Below, piece after piece: positions 18,155-28,899 of a stretch of DNA of 64,000 nucleotides; position 1 is the first letter of the stretch, and each line of letters opens with the position of its first letter. Location: assembly GCA_031403195.1 (NCBI GenBank), contig JANNSZ010000095.1, positions 4,681-68,680 of the forward strand. The letters run 5' to 3'. A program made the position numbers and the translations under genes. The notes beneath the pieces are model-generated. The model searched no databases and was not told the origin of the DNA. It saw nothing but the letters and a program-made list of their open reading frames with translations. Source of the stretch: Planctomycetota bacterium. GTDB taxonomy: Bacteria; Planctomycetota; Planctomycetia; Pirellulales; UBA1268.

Positions 18155-19807
18155 ATGAAACCAACTCCTGCTTCGCCGTGTCTCCCCGACCGCATCCCCG
18201 TCCGCCGAGTCCTCGTCAGCGTCTTTGATAAGACGGGCCTCGAAGGGCTTGCCAGCGGGCTCGCGGCTGCGGGTGTCGAGGTCGTGAGCACGGGTGGTAC
18301 GGCTAGGGCTCTGGCGAGCTTCGGCTTGGCCGTCACCGACATTTCGGCTGTGACCGGTTTTCCCGAAGTGCTTGACGGTCGCGTCAAGACGCTCCACCCC
18401 CATGTCTTTGGAGGCATTCTTGCCCGCGGTGATCGGGCCGATGACCTGGCTGTCCTTGCGGAGCACGGCATCAGTCGCTTCGAGGCGGTGGTCGTCAACC
18501 TCTATGCCTTCGAGGAGGCGATCGCTCGGCCTGACTGCCAGCCCCACGAGGCCATCGAGCTGATCGACATCGGCGGCCCGAGCCTCGTCCGCGCCGCAGC
18601 AAAAAACCATGCCTTCTCTGCGATCGTGACCGGGCCCGAGCAATACGATGATTTTGTCGCGGCGATCCGCGAAGGAGGCACGACGCTGGCGGAGCGAAAA
18701 CTTCTTGCCGCCCGCGCCTTCGAGCGAACGGCTGCCTACGACGCGGTGATCGCTCGCTGGATGGCTCGCCACGCTGGCCTCATGGCAGCGCAGGAAAGTC
18801 CGGTGGCACCTGGAGGTGGTGGTCCCGGTGATGACCCACCGCTCCCAGCGCGGATGACGATTGAGATCGAGCAGCGGCTTCCGCTTCGGTACGGCGAGAA
18901 CCCACACCAGTCGGCGGCCCTCTTTGCCCCGCTGGGAACCCACCGCGGCCTAGCTGGTTTGCGGCAGCTTGCCGGCAAGGAGCTCTCCTACAACAACCTG
19001 CTTGACTTGGACGCAGCGACCCGCCTGGCGGGTCTGCTTCAGGATCCCGGCGCCGTCGTCGTCAAGCACACGAACCCCTGCGGTGCTGCCGCCGCCGCCA
19101 CGGTCTCGGAGGCGTTGGCCGCGGCCATGGCGGCCGATCCGACGAGCGCGTTTGGGTCGATCGTGGCGGTCAATCGCACGTTTGATCTGGCATGCGCTGA
19201 GGTGCTGACAGCCCCTGGGCTCTTCGTGGAGGTGATCGCAGCACCGGCATTTGATTCGGCGGCGGTGGCCCTCTTGACGACCAAGCCGACGTGGAAGGCC
19301 AGCGTGCGGCTTGTGGAAATGCCGGCGGGCGATCCCTGGGAATCAACCGCGGGGCTCGAGCTTCGAAGCGTGGCCGGTGCATTCCTCGCCCAGCGGCCTG
19401 ACGAACGCTGTGACGATCCTGCGAGCTGGCGGGTGGTCACGAAGACACCGCCCGCGGCGGACCTCACTCCGGCCCTCGATTTCGCCTTCACGGTCGTACG
19501 TCGGCTGACGAGCAATGCGATTGCCGTGTGCCAAGGAACAAACCTCGTGGGCGCTGGCACCGGCCAGACGAGCCGCGTTGATGCAGTACGACTTGCCCTC
19601 GAAAAGGCTGGCGATCGGGCTCGCGGCGGTGTCTTGGCGTCTGATGCGTTCTTTCCGTTTCCTGACTCGATCGAGCTCATCGCGAGGGCCGGCGTCACCG
19701 CGGTCGTGCAGCCCGGCGGTTCAAAGCGGGATGGTGAAGTGATCGCTGCAGCCGATGCTGTCGGCATCCCAATGGTGTTCACGTCGCGCCGCCATTTCAG
19801 GCACTAG
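18155..19807 (+). CDS. purH: Bifunctional AICAR transformylase/IMP cyclohydrolase
   Basis: LVSVFDKTG, GRVKTLHP, IDIGGPS, LRYGENPHQ, KHTNPCG, ASDAFFPF, RHFRH. Confidence 0.97.
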   Translation: MKPTPASPCLPDRIPVRRVLVSVFDKTGLEGLASGLAAAGVEVVSTGGTARALASFGLAVTDISAVTGFPEVLDGRVKTLHPHVFGGILARGDRADDLAVLAEHGISRFEAVVVNLYAFEEAIARPDCQPHEAIELIDIGGPSLVRAAAKNHAFSAIVTGPEQYDDFVAAIREGGTTLAERKLLAARAFERTAAYDAVIARWMARHAGLMAAQESPVAPGGGGPGDDPPLPARMTIEIEQRLPLRYGENPHQSAALFAPLGTHRGLAGLRQLAGKELSYNNLLDLDAATRLAGLLQDPGAVVVKHTNPCGAAAAATVSEALAAAMAADPTSAFGSIVAVNRTFDLACAEVLTAPGLFVEVIAAPAFDSAAVALLTTKPTWKASVRLVEMPAGDPWESTAGLELRSVAGAFLAQRPDERCDDPASWRVVTKTPPAADLTPALDFAFTVVRRLTSNAIAVCQGTNLVGAGTGQTSRVDAVRLALEKAGDRARGGVLASDAFFPFPDSIELIARAGVTAVVQPGGSKRDGEVIAAADAVGIPMVFTSRRHFRH

Positions 19808-19812
19808 CTTTA

Positions 19813-19846
19813 CGCTCGGCGGGCCATCCCTGGCCCCGGCGAGCGT
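19813..19846 (-). repeat. Hairpin with the repeat-family loop GCCATCCCTGGC
   Basis: acgctcggcgg-gccatccctggc-cccggcgagcgt immediately after the purH stop. Confidence 0.55.
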
Positions 19847-20029
19847 TCCGGGCCTCCGCCCGGCGACCGCACATCCGGGCGTTCGTGTTTCGTGCGCGCG
19901 TGGTGGTGGGTCGCCGGAGCAGACGGGGAGCGAGCCAGCCCTGGCACGGGCGACCCCTTGCGGATGCTTCAGCGTTGACCCGCTGTGCGACGATAGAGCG
20001 GCACCAGCCTGTGCGGGTAAGATCACGGC

Positions 20030-20812
20030 ATGACGGACATACTTGCGGAAATCGTGGCGCGGAAGCGGCGGGAGGTGGCTGTGGCCCGCGAGAGCGTGCC
20101 GCTGGCTGTGCTCGAAGCGCTGGTGCCTTCCGCGCCGCCCGTCCGGGATTTTTTTGCGGCCGTTTCGGCTGAGCCCCCGGTGCAACTCATCGCTGAGTTC
20201 AAACGGAAGAGTCCGTCAGCCGGTGAAATCCGGCCGGGTGCCACGGTCGAAGCGGTGGTGCAGGCCTATGCCGCCGCCGGTGCCGCGGCGCTTTCCATCC
20301 TCACCGATCACGCGGGCTTCGGGGGCAGTCTGGCCGACCTCAAGGTGGCGCGTGCCGCTGTTTCGCTGCCCGTGCTCAGGAAGGAGTTCGTCATCGACTT
20401 CTACCAGGTCGTCGAGGCGCGGGCCCACGGGGCTGACGCCGTTCTCTTGATCGCGGAGTGCCTCGACGACTGCCACCTGAGGAGCCTCTACCGCTCGATT
20501 CTCGATCTCGGAATGACTCCGCTGGTCGAGATTCATGACGAAGGGAACCTCTCCCGTGTCCTTGACCTTGGGGCGACGCTCGTCGGGGTCACCAACCGCA
20601 ACCTCAAGACGATGACCACCAACCTCGACCACGTGCTCCGGCTCCGTGAGCGTGTGCCAGCCGACGTTGTTCTTGTGGCCGAAAGTGGGATCAAGACCCG
20701 TGCCGACGTCGAGCGACTCGAATTGGCTGGCATCGCCGCGATGCTCGTGGGCGAATCGCTGCTGAAACAGCCTGACCCCGGGGCGGCCGCAGCGTCGCTG
20801 CTCCGTCCGTAG
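20030..20812 (+). CDS. trpC: Indole-3-glycerol phosphate synthase
   Basis: LIAEFKRKSPS, LSILTD, PVLRKEF, GADAVLLI, NRNL, VAESGI, LVGESL. Confidence 0.97.
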   Translation: MTDILAEIVARKRREVAVARESVPLAVLEALVPSAPPVRDFFAAVSAEPPVQLIAEFKRKSPSAGEIRPGATVEAVVQAYAAAGAAALSILTDHAGFGGSLADLKVARAAVSLPVLRKEFVIDFYQVVEARAHGADAVLLIAECLDDCHLRSLYRSILDLGMTPLVEIHDEGNLSRVLDLGATLVGVTNRNLKTMTTNLDHVLRLRERVPADVVLVAESGIKTRADVERLELAGIAAMLVGESLLKQPDPGAAAASLLRP

Positions 20813-20864
20813 CTTGGCCACGCTGTGACTGGACTGCGATTGGAGTGAGGGACCTCTCACGGCG

Positions 20865-21581
20865 CTAGCCCGGCGCGGCTACAAAGCGGTAGCCGGTGCC
20901 ACGGACGGAGAGAAAGTGGACCGGTTTCGACGGGTCCGCTTCAAAATACTTGCGTAGGGCGAGCATGAAGGTGTCGACCGTCCGGGTCGCGGGGGCACGG
21001 GTGAGGCCCCAGACGTTCTGGAGGAGTTCTTCACGGGGGACGACTTTGCCCTCGTGCTCGACGAGATATCTCAAGAGCTTCATCTCGAGGTTCGTGAGTC
21101 GCACGGGCTCGCCACGGACAGACACTTCCCAGGTGTCGAAGTTCACCTCGACCGAGCCAAAGCGGTAGACCGAATCGGCATTCCGCTCGCTGCTGGCAGC
21201 CCCAGCCTGACGGCCTCGTCGTGCCAGGAGGTTGCGAACCACCGAGAGCAGCTCCTCGAGGTCAAATGGCTTCTGGAGATAGACATCGGTGCCGGCGTCG
21301 AAGCCACGTATCCGGTCTTCGACGAGCGTGCGGGCGGTGAGCATCACGACCGGGAGGTTGTTGCCTGCTTTGCGGATTGATTCGCAAACGGCATAGCCGC
21401 TCATCCCGGGAAGCATGATGTCGAGCACAACGAGATCGACAGGAGGAATCGCCGACTTGATCCGTTCGAGGGCTGCCTGACCGTCGCCCGCGACAGTCAC
21501 CGCATGGCCATCGGCCTCCAGGTTGAACTTGATGCCGAAGGCAAGATGTTCCTCGTCTTCGACCACGAGGATGTTCGACAT
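20865..21581 (-). CDS. OmpR-family response regulator
   Basis: ILVVEDE, VLDIMLPG, LTAR, KPF, wHTH ending VRGTGYRF. Confidence 0.95.
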   Translation of the reverse strand: MSNILVVEDEEHLAFGIKFNLEADGHAVTVAGDGQAALERIKSAIPPVDLVVLDIMLPGMSGYAVCESIRKAGNNLPVVMLTARTLVEDRIRGFDAGTDVYLQKPFDLEELLSVVRNLLARRGRQAGAASSERNADSVYRFGSVEVNFDTWEVSVRGEPVRLTNLEMKLLRYLVEHEGKVVPREELLQNVWGLTRAPATRTVDTFMLALRKYFEADPSKPVHFLSVRGTGYRFVAAPG

Positions 21582-21625
21582 GGGAGCACCCCGAGCACAA
21601 GGCAGGACTGAGGCCAAGAAGTCTG

Positions 21626-21729
21626 CCGCCGCACGATGCCGCGGTCGCCGACCATGGAAAACCGCGGCTCTTCCGTCGGTCGGCCAGATAGACAAAAGCC
21701 ATGGAGGGCTTTGTCCATGGAACACTCAA
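21626..21729 (+). repeat. Three-hairpin repeat, copy D
   Basis: gccgaccatggaaaaccgcggctcttccgtcggtcggc / gacaaaagccatggagggctttgtc / ctcaa. Confidence 0.85.
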
Positions 21730-21731
21730 TC

Positions 21732-22769
21732 CTACCGCGCGAGCACCGGACGGAAGCCCTTGCTATAGCCTCGGGCTACAAACCAGCTCCAGGCGTCCTG
21801 CACCGTGTCTTCGAGTGGCCGGAACGTGTAGCCCAACTCGTCGATCGCCCGCTGGCATGAGAAATTGTGGTGCAGCATCGACATGGCCGTCGCGGCGGAG
21901 TTGACGTCTCCTTCGCGGTGCCTGAAGACGGCGGCGAGGTCGCCCAGCCATCCGGCCAGCCGTACACATGGCCGGGGCGCAATTCCTAGTGGCGGCATCC
22001 GGCCCGCCACGCGAGCCATCACCCGCCACGCCTCGAGGTAGGTAAGGCCGTGACCACCGAGGATGTACCGCCGGCCCGTGCGTCCACTGGCCATCGCCGC
22101 GAGGATGCCCGCCGCGACATCACGGACGTCGACAAAATCATTGCCGCCCGGGGGCGCGAAGAGGCCCTTGCCGGCGCCTATCTCCAAGAGCATCCGTCCA
22201 CTCGACGGCTTCCAGTCCCATGGGCCGAGCATGTAGACGGGATTGACGACCACCGCGTCGAGGCCACGGTCAACTTCCTCCATGACAACCGCTTCGGCAT
22301 CCCGCTTGGTGACCACATAGGGGCACTCCGGCATCACTCCCGGCGGCGTCTCTTCGTCGGCCGTTTTTCCATCCCGCCGCAGGCCAATCGCATCGACGCT
22401 CGACACGTGGACAAGTCTCGCCCCGACGCGCCGCGCGGCACGGGCAACCCGCCGTGTGCCCGCGACATTCGCCTCCCGCATCTCGTTGCCGTGACGCCAA
22501 CCGCAGTGCACGAAAGCCGCAGCATGAACGACGGCCGAGACGCCGTCGAGCGCACGGGCGAGCGTTCCTTCATCGGCGAGGCAGCCGAAGAACCGCTCCA
22601 CGGCAAGGCCAGCGAGCGCCGCCTCTGCGACCGGGCTTTCCGATCGCACGAGTACCCGCACGCTGACTCCACGGGCGAGGAGCTGGCGAACCACGTTGTT
22701 CCCGACGAGGCCCGATGCCCCTGTGACGAGGCAGACGCCAGGATTCTCAAAGTGCCGAGGCGCGATCAT
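21732..22769 (-). CDS. NAD-dependent epimerase/dehydratase (extended SDR, HpnA/DFR-like)
   Basis: VTGASGLVG, HVSS, YVVTK (YxxxK), VDVRDVA. Confidence 0.9.
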   Translation of the reverse strand: MIAPRHFENPGVCLVTGASGLVGNNVVRQLLARGVSVRVLVRSESPVAEAALAGLAVERFFGCLADEGTLARALDGVSAVVHAAAFVHCGWRHGNEMREANVAGTRRVARAARRVGARLVHVSSVDAIGLRRDGKTADEETPPGVMPECPYVVTKRDAEAVVMEEVDRGLDAVVVNPVYMLGPWDWKPSSGRMLLEIGAGKGLFAPPGGNDFVDVRDVAAGILAAMASGRTGRRYILGGHGLTYLEAWRVMARVAGRMPPLGIAPRPCVRLAGWLGDLAAVFRHREGDVNSAATAMSMLHHNFSCQRAIDELGYTFRPLEDTVQDAWSWFVARGYSKGFRPVLAR

Positions 22770-23046
22770 AGGACAGACTCACATCTCCAGACGGCAGAAA
22801 ATGACGTCGGGTCGATCGATCCATCGCACGAACCCGCTAATGACTGTATCTCGGATGGGGGGCGGGTCGACTTTGAGCGGGTGGACGATTTGTCCGAAGT
22901 TGACGAACGTATGGGCGGCGCACGAAGATCGGCCGACCGGCATGGCGATTCAAAGCCTGGCGGTAGGTGGCAGGGGGCCTCAGGCGGGCCTTCGCTGCGG
23001 TTGGAGCGGTTTCGGGACGCCGGGTTGAGACCGTTCAGAAGGAGCG

Positions 23047-24183
23047 ATGCACGTGGCGAATGTGGTCATCGAGGCCGTTGAGACGCGGGGCCAGCAGAAG
23101 CGGTTTCTCAACCTTCCCTGGCGAATTTACGCCGATGATTCCTGCTGGATGCCGCCGCTTCTCCACTCCCAAGAGGAGCTCCTTGGCTTTCGCCGGCACC
23201 CCTTCTACGAGAAATCCACGAGCCGTTCGTTCCTCGCACGGCGAGGAACCCGCGACGTCGGGCGGATCACGGCGATCGTCAACGCTGGCTTCATCGAGCG
23301 GTATGGGGAGCAGCGCGGCTTCTTCGGTTTTTTCGAATGTGATGACGACCCGGCTGCCTCGCAGGCTCTCTTCGGGGCCGCGCGAGACTGGCTCCACGCG
23401 GCGGGGATGACCTCGATCCGCGGCCCGGTGAACCCGTCGATGAATTACGAGTGCGGCCTGCTGATCGAAGGTTTTGAGACGCCACCCTTCTTCATGATGC
23501 CCCACAATCGGCCGTACTACGCGAGTCTCGTGGAGGACGCTGGCTTTGGGAAGATCGAAGACCTCTATGCCTTCTGGGGCAAAACTTCGATGCTCGCCGC
23601 CCTCGACTCGAAGCTGGGCGTGATGGTGCAGGGGGTCAAGGAGCGGTTTGGCGTCACGGTTCGCCACCTTGATCGCAAGCGATTTGATGACGACGTGCGG
23701 ATGTTTCTCGAGGTCTACAACGCGAGCCTCAGCAGTATGTGGGGCTTCGTGCCACTCACGCCGGGTGAAGTGAGGCACATGGCCGCGAGCCTGAAGCATC
23801 TCATCGTGCCCGAGCTCGCGGTCGTTGCCGAAGTCGATGGGAAACCGATCGGCACCGTCTTTTGCCTCCTCGACTACAACCCGCGAATCAAGGCGATCAA
23901 TGGGCGGCTTTTCCCATTTGGCTTCCTGCGACTCCTCTGGAACAAGCGAGGAATCAAGCGGATGCGGGCGATCAGCACGAATGTCATCCCTGAGTACCAA
24001 GCCTGGGGCGTGGGGCTCGTGCTGACTGCGGCGCTCGTGCAGCCAGCGCTCGACTGGGGCATGGAGGAGGCCGAGTTCTCCTGGGTCCTCGAGAGCAACT
24101 ATCTCTCGAAACGGACGCTCGAGCGGGGCGGTGCCATCGTCACGAAGAAGTACCGGATCTATCAGGACGACCCGCCGCGGTAG
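23047..24183 (+). CDS. GNAT-fold N-acetyltransferase
   Basis: GRITAI, FFGFFEC, GPVNPS, MMPHNRPYY, PEYQAWGVG, SWVLESN. Confidence 0.85.
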   Translation: MHVANVVIEAVETRGQQKRFLNLPWRIYADDSCWMPPLLHSQEELLGFRRHPFYEKSTSRSFLARRGTRDVGRITAIVNAGFIERYGEQRGFFGFFECDDDPAASQALFGAARDWLHAAGMTSIRGPVNPSMNYECGLLIEGFETPPFFMMPHNRPYYASLVEDAGFGKIEDLYAFWGKTSMLAALDSKLGVMVQGVKERFGVTVRHLDRKRFDDDVRMFLEVYNASLSSMWGFVPLTPGEVRHMAASLKHLIVPELAVVAEVDGKPIGTVFCLLDYNPRIKAINGRLFPFGFLRLLWNKRGIKRMRAISTNVIPEYQAWGVGLVLTAALVQPALDWGMEEAEFSWVLESNYLSKRTLERGGAIVTKKYRIYQDDPPR

Positions 24184-24189
24184 CGGCAG

Positions 24190-24273
24190 GTCGGGCGCCT
24201 CCGCTTGCAAGACGACCCGCCAAGGGAGCGCCGTGTCGGGCGCCTCCGCTTGCAGGACGACCGGCCAAGGGAG
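24190..24273 (+). repeat. 39-bp direct repeat x2 (45-bp period)
   Basis: gtcgggcgcctccgcttgcaRgacgaccSgccaagggag at 24190 and 24235. Confidence 0.8.
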
Positions 24274-24282
24274 TGAGTCAGA

Positions 24283-24543
24283 TCACCGCCGACGGAAGCG
24301 TCGGCTGCTCGAGCGGGATGAGGTGCTGGGAACGATCGCGGTACCGCCGCCGCCCACGCCGCCCACGGCAACGCTTTCGCCCTGCCGCTGGTCGCGATCC
24401 CACTGCATCGAGCCGTAGTTGACGCCCGAAAGGTTGAAACTGCGATACGGGTTTCGAGGGCTCACGGCATGAGCCTCAGGGATAAAAACCAGCATCGCGG
24501 CCCACGCGACTGTGCAGACGATCAGCAGGCGACCGAGACGCAT
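24283..24543 (-). CDS. Small secreted hypothetical protein
   Basis: Signal peptide ending AHA, then NPYRSFNLSGVNYGSMQW. Confidence 0.7.
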   Translation of the reverse strand: MRLGRLLIVCTVAWAAMLVFIPEAHAVSPRNPYRSFNLSGVNYGSMQWDRDQRQGESVAVGGVGGGGTAIVPSTSSRSSSRRFRRR

Positions 24544-24610
24544 GGCAACCTCGTGTAATGAGTACAACACGAAGGCAAGTGTAGGCGGTGCCAGCCAAGC
24601 CGTCGTGGCC

Positions 24611-26587
24611 CTATCGGCCATCGCGCTTCGGGCGATACCCGACACTTTTGCGTGGTCGTGCCTGCCGGCCGCCGCGGATGTGGTCGCCACTGGTCTCTTC
24701 GGTGAAGGCGTGAGTCGCTTCGCGCCGTCTCCGGTCGAGCGCCTCCTTCGGCGGGCGGTCCGAGATGAGGCAATCGCAGCCGGAGCCGATGAGGTCCCGT
24801 CGGCCTGCCTGTTCGAGCGCTTTACGCACCTCGAACCAGTTCTCAGGCTTGAAGAACTGGAGCAGCGCACGCTGCATCTTGCGGTCACGCAGCCCCTTCA
24901 CGACCTTCACCGGCTGCATTGTCATCGGATCGAGTCCGGTGTGGTACATGCAGGCGGCAATATCAAACGGGCTCGGAATGAAGTCCTGAACCTGATCGGG
25001 CTTGTAGCTGTTGCGCTTGAGAAACACGGCCAGGTCGATCATTTCCTCGAGCCCGCTCCCCGGATGGCTCGCAATGAAATAAGGCACTGTGTACTGCTTC
25101 TTGCCGACCCGACCACTCGCCGCTCTGAACTCCCTGTCGAATTCGACGTAGTCGTCGGCCGAGGGTTTTTTCATGAGCCGCAGCACCTCGTGGTCGGTGT
25201 GCTCGGGGGCCACTTTGAGTTGGCCACCAACATGGTGCGCCGCAAGCTCTTGGAGATATTCGGGGTCACGGCGGGCGAGGTCCATCCGCACGCCACTGGC
25301 CACGAGCACCCGCTTCACTCCAGCGACTTCGCGGGCCTCCCGCATGACGTCCTTGAGTGGGCCATGGTCGGTGCCCAGGAGCTTGCAGACGGTGGGATGA
25401 ACGCACGAGAGCCTGCGGCACTTCGCTTCGACCTCGGGCCGCGCACACCGCATCTGATACATGTTGGCTGTTGGGCCACCGATGTCGGAGACGGTCCCTT
25501 TAAAGCCAGGTTGCTTCGCGAGCACCTTGATTTCGGCGATGATCGAGTCCTTGGAGCGGCTCTGGATGATCCGCCCTTCATGGGCCGTGATGGAGCAGAA
25601 TGTGCAGCCGCCGAAGCAGCCGCGCATGATCTGCACACTGTTTTCCACAACCTCGAACGCGGGAATTCTGGCCGCTCCGTAGGACGGATGAGGCCGCCTC
25701 GTGAAGGGCAGGCCATAGACCTCGTCCATCTCCTGCTGATCGAGCGGGAACGCCGGCGGATTCACCACCACGGCCTCACGGCCATATCGCTGGACCAGCC
25801 GTCGGGCATTGTGGGGATTGGTCTCGAGATGCGAGATCCGCGTCATGTCGCAGAAGGCGAGTTTGTCAGCCGTCACGGCATCGTAGGCGGGCAGCTCGAC
25901 CGTTCCGGGTGTGCATGGCCCCGGGCCTTTCGGCGGTGGCTCAGTCGCGCCGAGACGATAGGCCACACCTCGGAGATCGCGGAGATTCTTCACCAGCCCC
26001 CCGCCAGCGAGGCCGCGGGCAATCTCGAGGATCGTGCGTTCGCCCATCCCGAAGGCCACGACATCTGCCTTCGAATCGAGGAGGATCGACCGACGGACGG
26101 TGTCACTCCAATAGTCATAGTGAGCGATGCGGCGGAGCGAGGCCTCCACACCCCCGGCCACGACCGGCACTCCGGGAAACGCTTCCCGAGACCGTTGGCA
26201 GTAGGCGAGCGTGGCGCGGTCTGGCCGTCGTCCAATCTGGCCGCCAGGAGAGTAGGCGTCGTCGTTGCGGACCTTCCGGTTGGCGGTGTAGTGGTTGATC
26301 ATCGAGTCCATGTTGCCGGCCGAGATGCCAAAGAAGAGCCTCGGTCGCCCAAACTCGCGCCATGCCTCGCAGGATCGCCAGTCCGGCTGGGCCAGCACGG
26401 CGACCCGGAAGCCAGCCGCCTCCAAGAGCCGCGCAAGGAGGCCATTGGCAAAGCTCGGGTGGTCCACGTAGGCATCGCCGCTGACGAGGACGACATCGAC
26501 CTCATCCCAGCCCCGGGCGAGCATCTCGGCCCGCGAGGCGGGGAGTGGCGGCGCGCCGGGTAGCGGCGGAGTGAGCGAGAGTGACAC
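24611..26587 (-). CDS. YgiQ-family radical SAM protein
   Basis: [28 protein letters not shown] (CxxxCxxC), [25 protein letters not shown]; start approximate. Confidence 0.93.
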   Translation of the reverse strand: MSLSLTPPLPGAPPLPASRAEMLARGWDEVDVVLVSGDAYVDHPSFANGLLARLLEAAGFRVAVLAQPDWRSCEAWREFGRPRLFFGISAGNMDSMINHYTANRKVRNDDAYSPGGQIGRRPDRATLAYCQRSREAFPGVPVVAGGVEASLRRIAHYDYWSDTVRRSILLDSKADVVAFGMGERTILEIARGLAGGGLVKNLRDLRGVAYRLGATEPPPKGPGPCTPGTVELPAYDAVTADKLAFCDMTRISHLETNPHNARRLVQRYGREAVVVNPPAFPLDQQEMDEVYGLPFTRRPHPSYGAARIPAFEVVENSVQIMRGCFGGCTFCSITAHEGRIIQSRSKDSIIAEIKVLAKQPGFKGTVSDIGGPTANMYQMRCARPEVEAKCRRLSCVHPTVCKLLGTDHGPLKDVMREAREVAGVKRVLVASGVRMDLARRDPEYLQELAAHHVGGQLKVAPEHTDHEVLRLMKKPSADDYVEFDREFRAASGRVGKKQYTVPYFIASHPGSGLEEMIDLAVFLKRNSYKPDQVQDFIPSPFDIAACMYHTGLDPMTMQPVKVVKGLRDRKMQRALLQFFKPENWFEVRKALEQAGRRDLIGSGCDCLISDRPPKEALDRRRREATHAFTEETSGDHIRGGRQARPRKSVGYRPKRDGR

Positions 26588-26700
26588 GGGAAAAACCGAA
26601 AGCCGGAATCCGAAGTGACTTTGGGGACCGCCGAAGTGTATCCCCGCGTCGGGGCGATGGCCTGCCGCTGGTATATTCGGCATATCCATCGGAGGTGCGT

Positions 26701-27663
26701 GTGGCGAGTCGATTGTTCGCGTCGGTGGCAATGCTCGTCGTCGTGAGCGGGCACCCGCTGGCGATCGCGACCGACCCTGCGGCGGTCACGCGCTGGATCG
26801 ACGATCTCGGGTCGCCCCAGTTCGTCCGACGTGAAGCCGCCTCACAGGCGCTCCTCGAGGCCGGCCGGCCGGCCCTCGAGCCGCTGTCCGACGCCATCGA
26901 CAAGGGTGATTTTGAGGTCGCGAGCCGCGGGATTGAGATCGTCCGTGACATGCTTGGAAGCGATGACGTGGATTTGGCGGCCGACGCCGAACGGGTGCTG
27001 GAGCGGTGCGCCGAGTTGGGGAGAGGTCCATCGCGTCTGGCCGTCGCGGCACTCGAATTTCACCAAGTGGGCACAGCGACTGTCGCCCGCGAGCGGCTGG
27101 AGTCGCTGGGGGCTGTCTTTCGTGAACGGCCGCTTGTCGATGACGCGGGTATCGAGGCCGAATTTGGGGCTGCATGGAGAGGGACGGCGGAGGATCTCCG
27201 CCAGCTCGCCCGGATCCGTGGGCTCACAGGGGTGGGCTTCCACGGTGTGCGACTCGACGCGACGGCGGCGAGTGTGATCGGCCGACTTCGCCGACTCGAG
27301 CAGGTCGAGCTTTTTGGCACCGGCCTCGAGGATGACGTGATTGCGACGCTCGCAGCGAAGCTACCCGACGCGCGGATCGATGTCCGCAAGGGGGGCAAGC
27401 TCGGTGTCGGGGCGCTGGCCTTCGGTGGACCATGTGAGATCCGTACGATCGAGCCGGGCTCTGCCGCCGACCAGGCCGGGATTCGGGCCGGAGATGTGAT
27501 CGTGGCCGTTGACGGAAATCCGATCGCCGACTTCGATGGGCTCACCGCCGGGGTCGCTGGCCGCGTGCCCGGAGAGCGGGTGCGGCTGTCGGTGGACCGC
27601 GGCGGCGCTGCCAATGGCGAGGTCGAGCGGCTCGACGTCGAAGTCAGACTTGATGCCTGGTGA
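26701..27663 (+). CDS. PDZ-domain protein with an N-terminal HEAT-like region
   Basis: [15 protein letters not shown]; C-terminal KLGV...[21 protein letters not shown]. Confidence 0.8.
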   Translation: MASRLFASVAMLVVVSGHPLAIATDPAAVTRWIDDLGSPQFVRREAASQALLEAGRPALEPLSDAIDKGDFEVASRGIEIVRDMLGSDDVDLAADAERVLERCAELGRGPSRLAVAALEFHQVGTATVARERLESLGAVFRERPLVDDAGIEAEFGAAWRGTAEDLRQLARIRGLTGVGFHGVRLDATAASVIGRLRRLEQVELFGTGLEDDVIATLAAKLPDARIDVRKGGKLGVGALAFGGPCEIRTIEPGSAADQAGIRAGDVIVAVDGNPIADFDGLTAGVAGRVPGERVRLSVDRGGAANGEVERLDVEVRLDAW

Positions 27664-27689
27664 GAAACCATCATGAGCAAGGAGCAGGC

Positions 27690-28388
27690 ATGACCGATGG
27701 GAAGGCGACTGGCGAATCCGTGGAGGTTCGCTGGCATGACCATGCCGTGAGCCGGTTGGACCGTGAACTGGCCGCGGGCCACAAGGGATGCGTGCTGTGG
27801 TTCACTGGCCTGTCGGGCTGCGGCAAGAGCACGCTGGCCAACGCCGTCGACCGCGTGCTCCACGCTCGGGGCTGCCGCACGTTCGTGCTCGATGGCGACA
27901 ACGTCCGCCTCGGTCTCAATGCATCGCCAGCGATGCTTCGAGACCGTTTCGGCGAAGCGGCAGCATCCCGTTTTGGCCTTGGATTTGCTGCCACCGACCG
28001 GGCAGAAAACATCCGTCGGATCGGGGCCGTCGCCGACCTCTTTGCCCAGGCGGGGATCATCACGCTGACCGCCTTTGTCAGCCCCTACCGTCGTGACCGC
28101 GACGCCGTTCGGGAGACGCTCGCCCCTGACGACTTTGTCGAGATTTTCGTGCGGGCGCCGCTTGAGGTGTGTGAGGGCCGTGACCCAAAGGGGCTCTACA
28201 AAAAGGCGCGGGCCGGCGAGATCAAGAACTTCACCGGCATCGACGATCCCTATGAAGAGCCGATGGCTCCGGAAATCATCGTGGACTCGACCACCCGGAG
28301 CCCTGACGATCTGGCATCGGATGTCGTGGCCTGGCTCGAACGTTCAGGAAAGATTCCGCCTGCCAACCCTACTGCTGCGGGCCGATGA
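27690..28388 (+). CDS. cysC: Adenylyl-sulfate kinase
   Basis: [40 protein letters not shown]. Confidence 0.96.
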   Translation: MTDGKATGESVEVRWHDHAVSRLDRELAAGHKGCVLWFTGLSGCGKSTLANAVDRVLHARGCRTFVLDGDNVRLGLNASPAMLRDRFGEAAASRFGLGFAATDRAENIRRIGAVADLFAQAGIITLTAFVSPYRRDRDAVRETLAPDDFVEIFVRAPLEVCEGRDPKGLYKKARAGEIKNFTGIDDPYEEPMAPEIIVDSTTRSPDDLASDVVAWLERSGKIPPANPTAAGR

Positions 28389-28899
28389 GTTCGACGATGT
28401 TGCCGTCGGGGTCGCGTACGCAGGTGAGCGAGAGGCCAGGCGCCAGCGAATCGGGTAGATCCACGGGCCCCTTCGCGATCGGTTTTGCGCCGAGTTTCTC
28501 GAGGCGGGCCAGCACAGCCTCGGTATCGGTCACCATGATCGTCAGATAGCGAAACCCGGTGTGGGAGTGGATGAAGTCGTTGTCGCCGGTGCGGGGGAGC
28601 GTGCCGGCAATCTGCATGAGCTTGAGTTTCGTGGCAGTCGCATCGTCGCCGAGGACGAGGACACGCACGGCCAGGGGTCGCATGTCGGTGAGCCCCGCAT
28701 CACGGGCCACGTCGGACGGCACTTCAAAACCCTTGGCCTCACGGAATCCGATCCCCTCCGTGTAGAACCGCACGCTCTTGTCGATGTCGGTGACGACACA
28801 GCCTACGTCGATCGTCGTCCGCCCGAGGGCCGCCGGCTCATCCGCGATAGCGCGGGGAGAGGCAGCGATCAGAATTAGGGCAAGCAGCGTGCGAAGCAT
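28369..28899 (-). CDS. VOC/glyoxalase-family protein with signal peptide
   Basis: [25 protein letters not shown]. Confidence 0.88.
   Translation of the reverse strand: MLRTLLALILIAASPRAIADEPAALGRTTIDVGCVVTDIDKSVRFYTEGIGFREAKGFEVPSDVARDAGLTDMRPLAVRVLVLGDDATATKLKLMQIAGTLPRTGDNDFIHSHTGFRYLTIMVTDTEAVLARLEKLGAKPIAKGPVDLPDSLAPGLSLTCVRDPDGNIVELIGPQQ

Noticed and set aside
17255-18943. 562-aa ORF on the - strand
   Set aside because: Shadow of the histidine kinase and purH.
23035-24210. 391-aa ORF on the - strand
   Set aside because: Shadow of the GNAT gene.
24512-26563. 683-aa ORF on the + strand
   Set aside because: Antisense shadow of the YgiQ radical SAM gene; no motifs; typical of high-GC codon bias.
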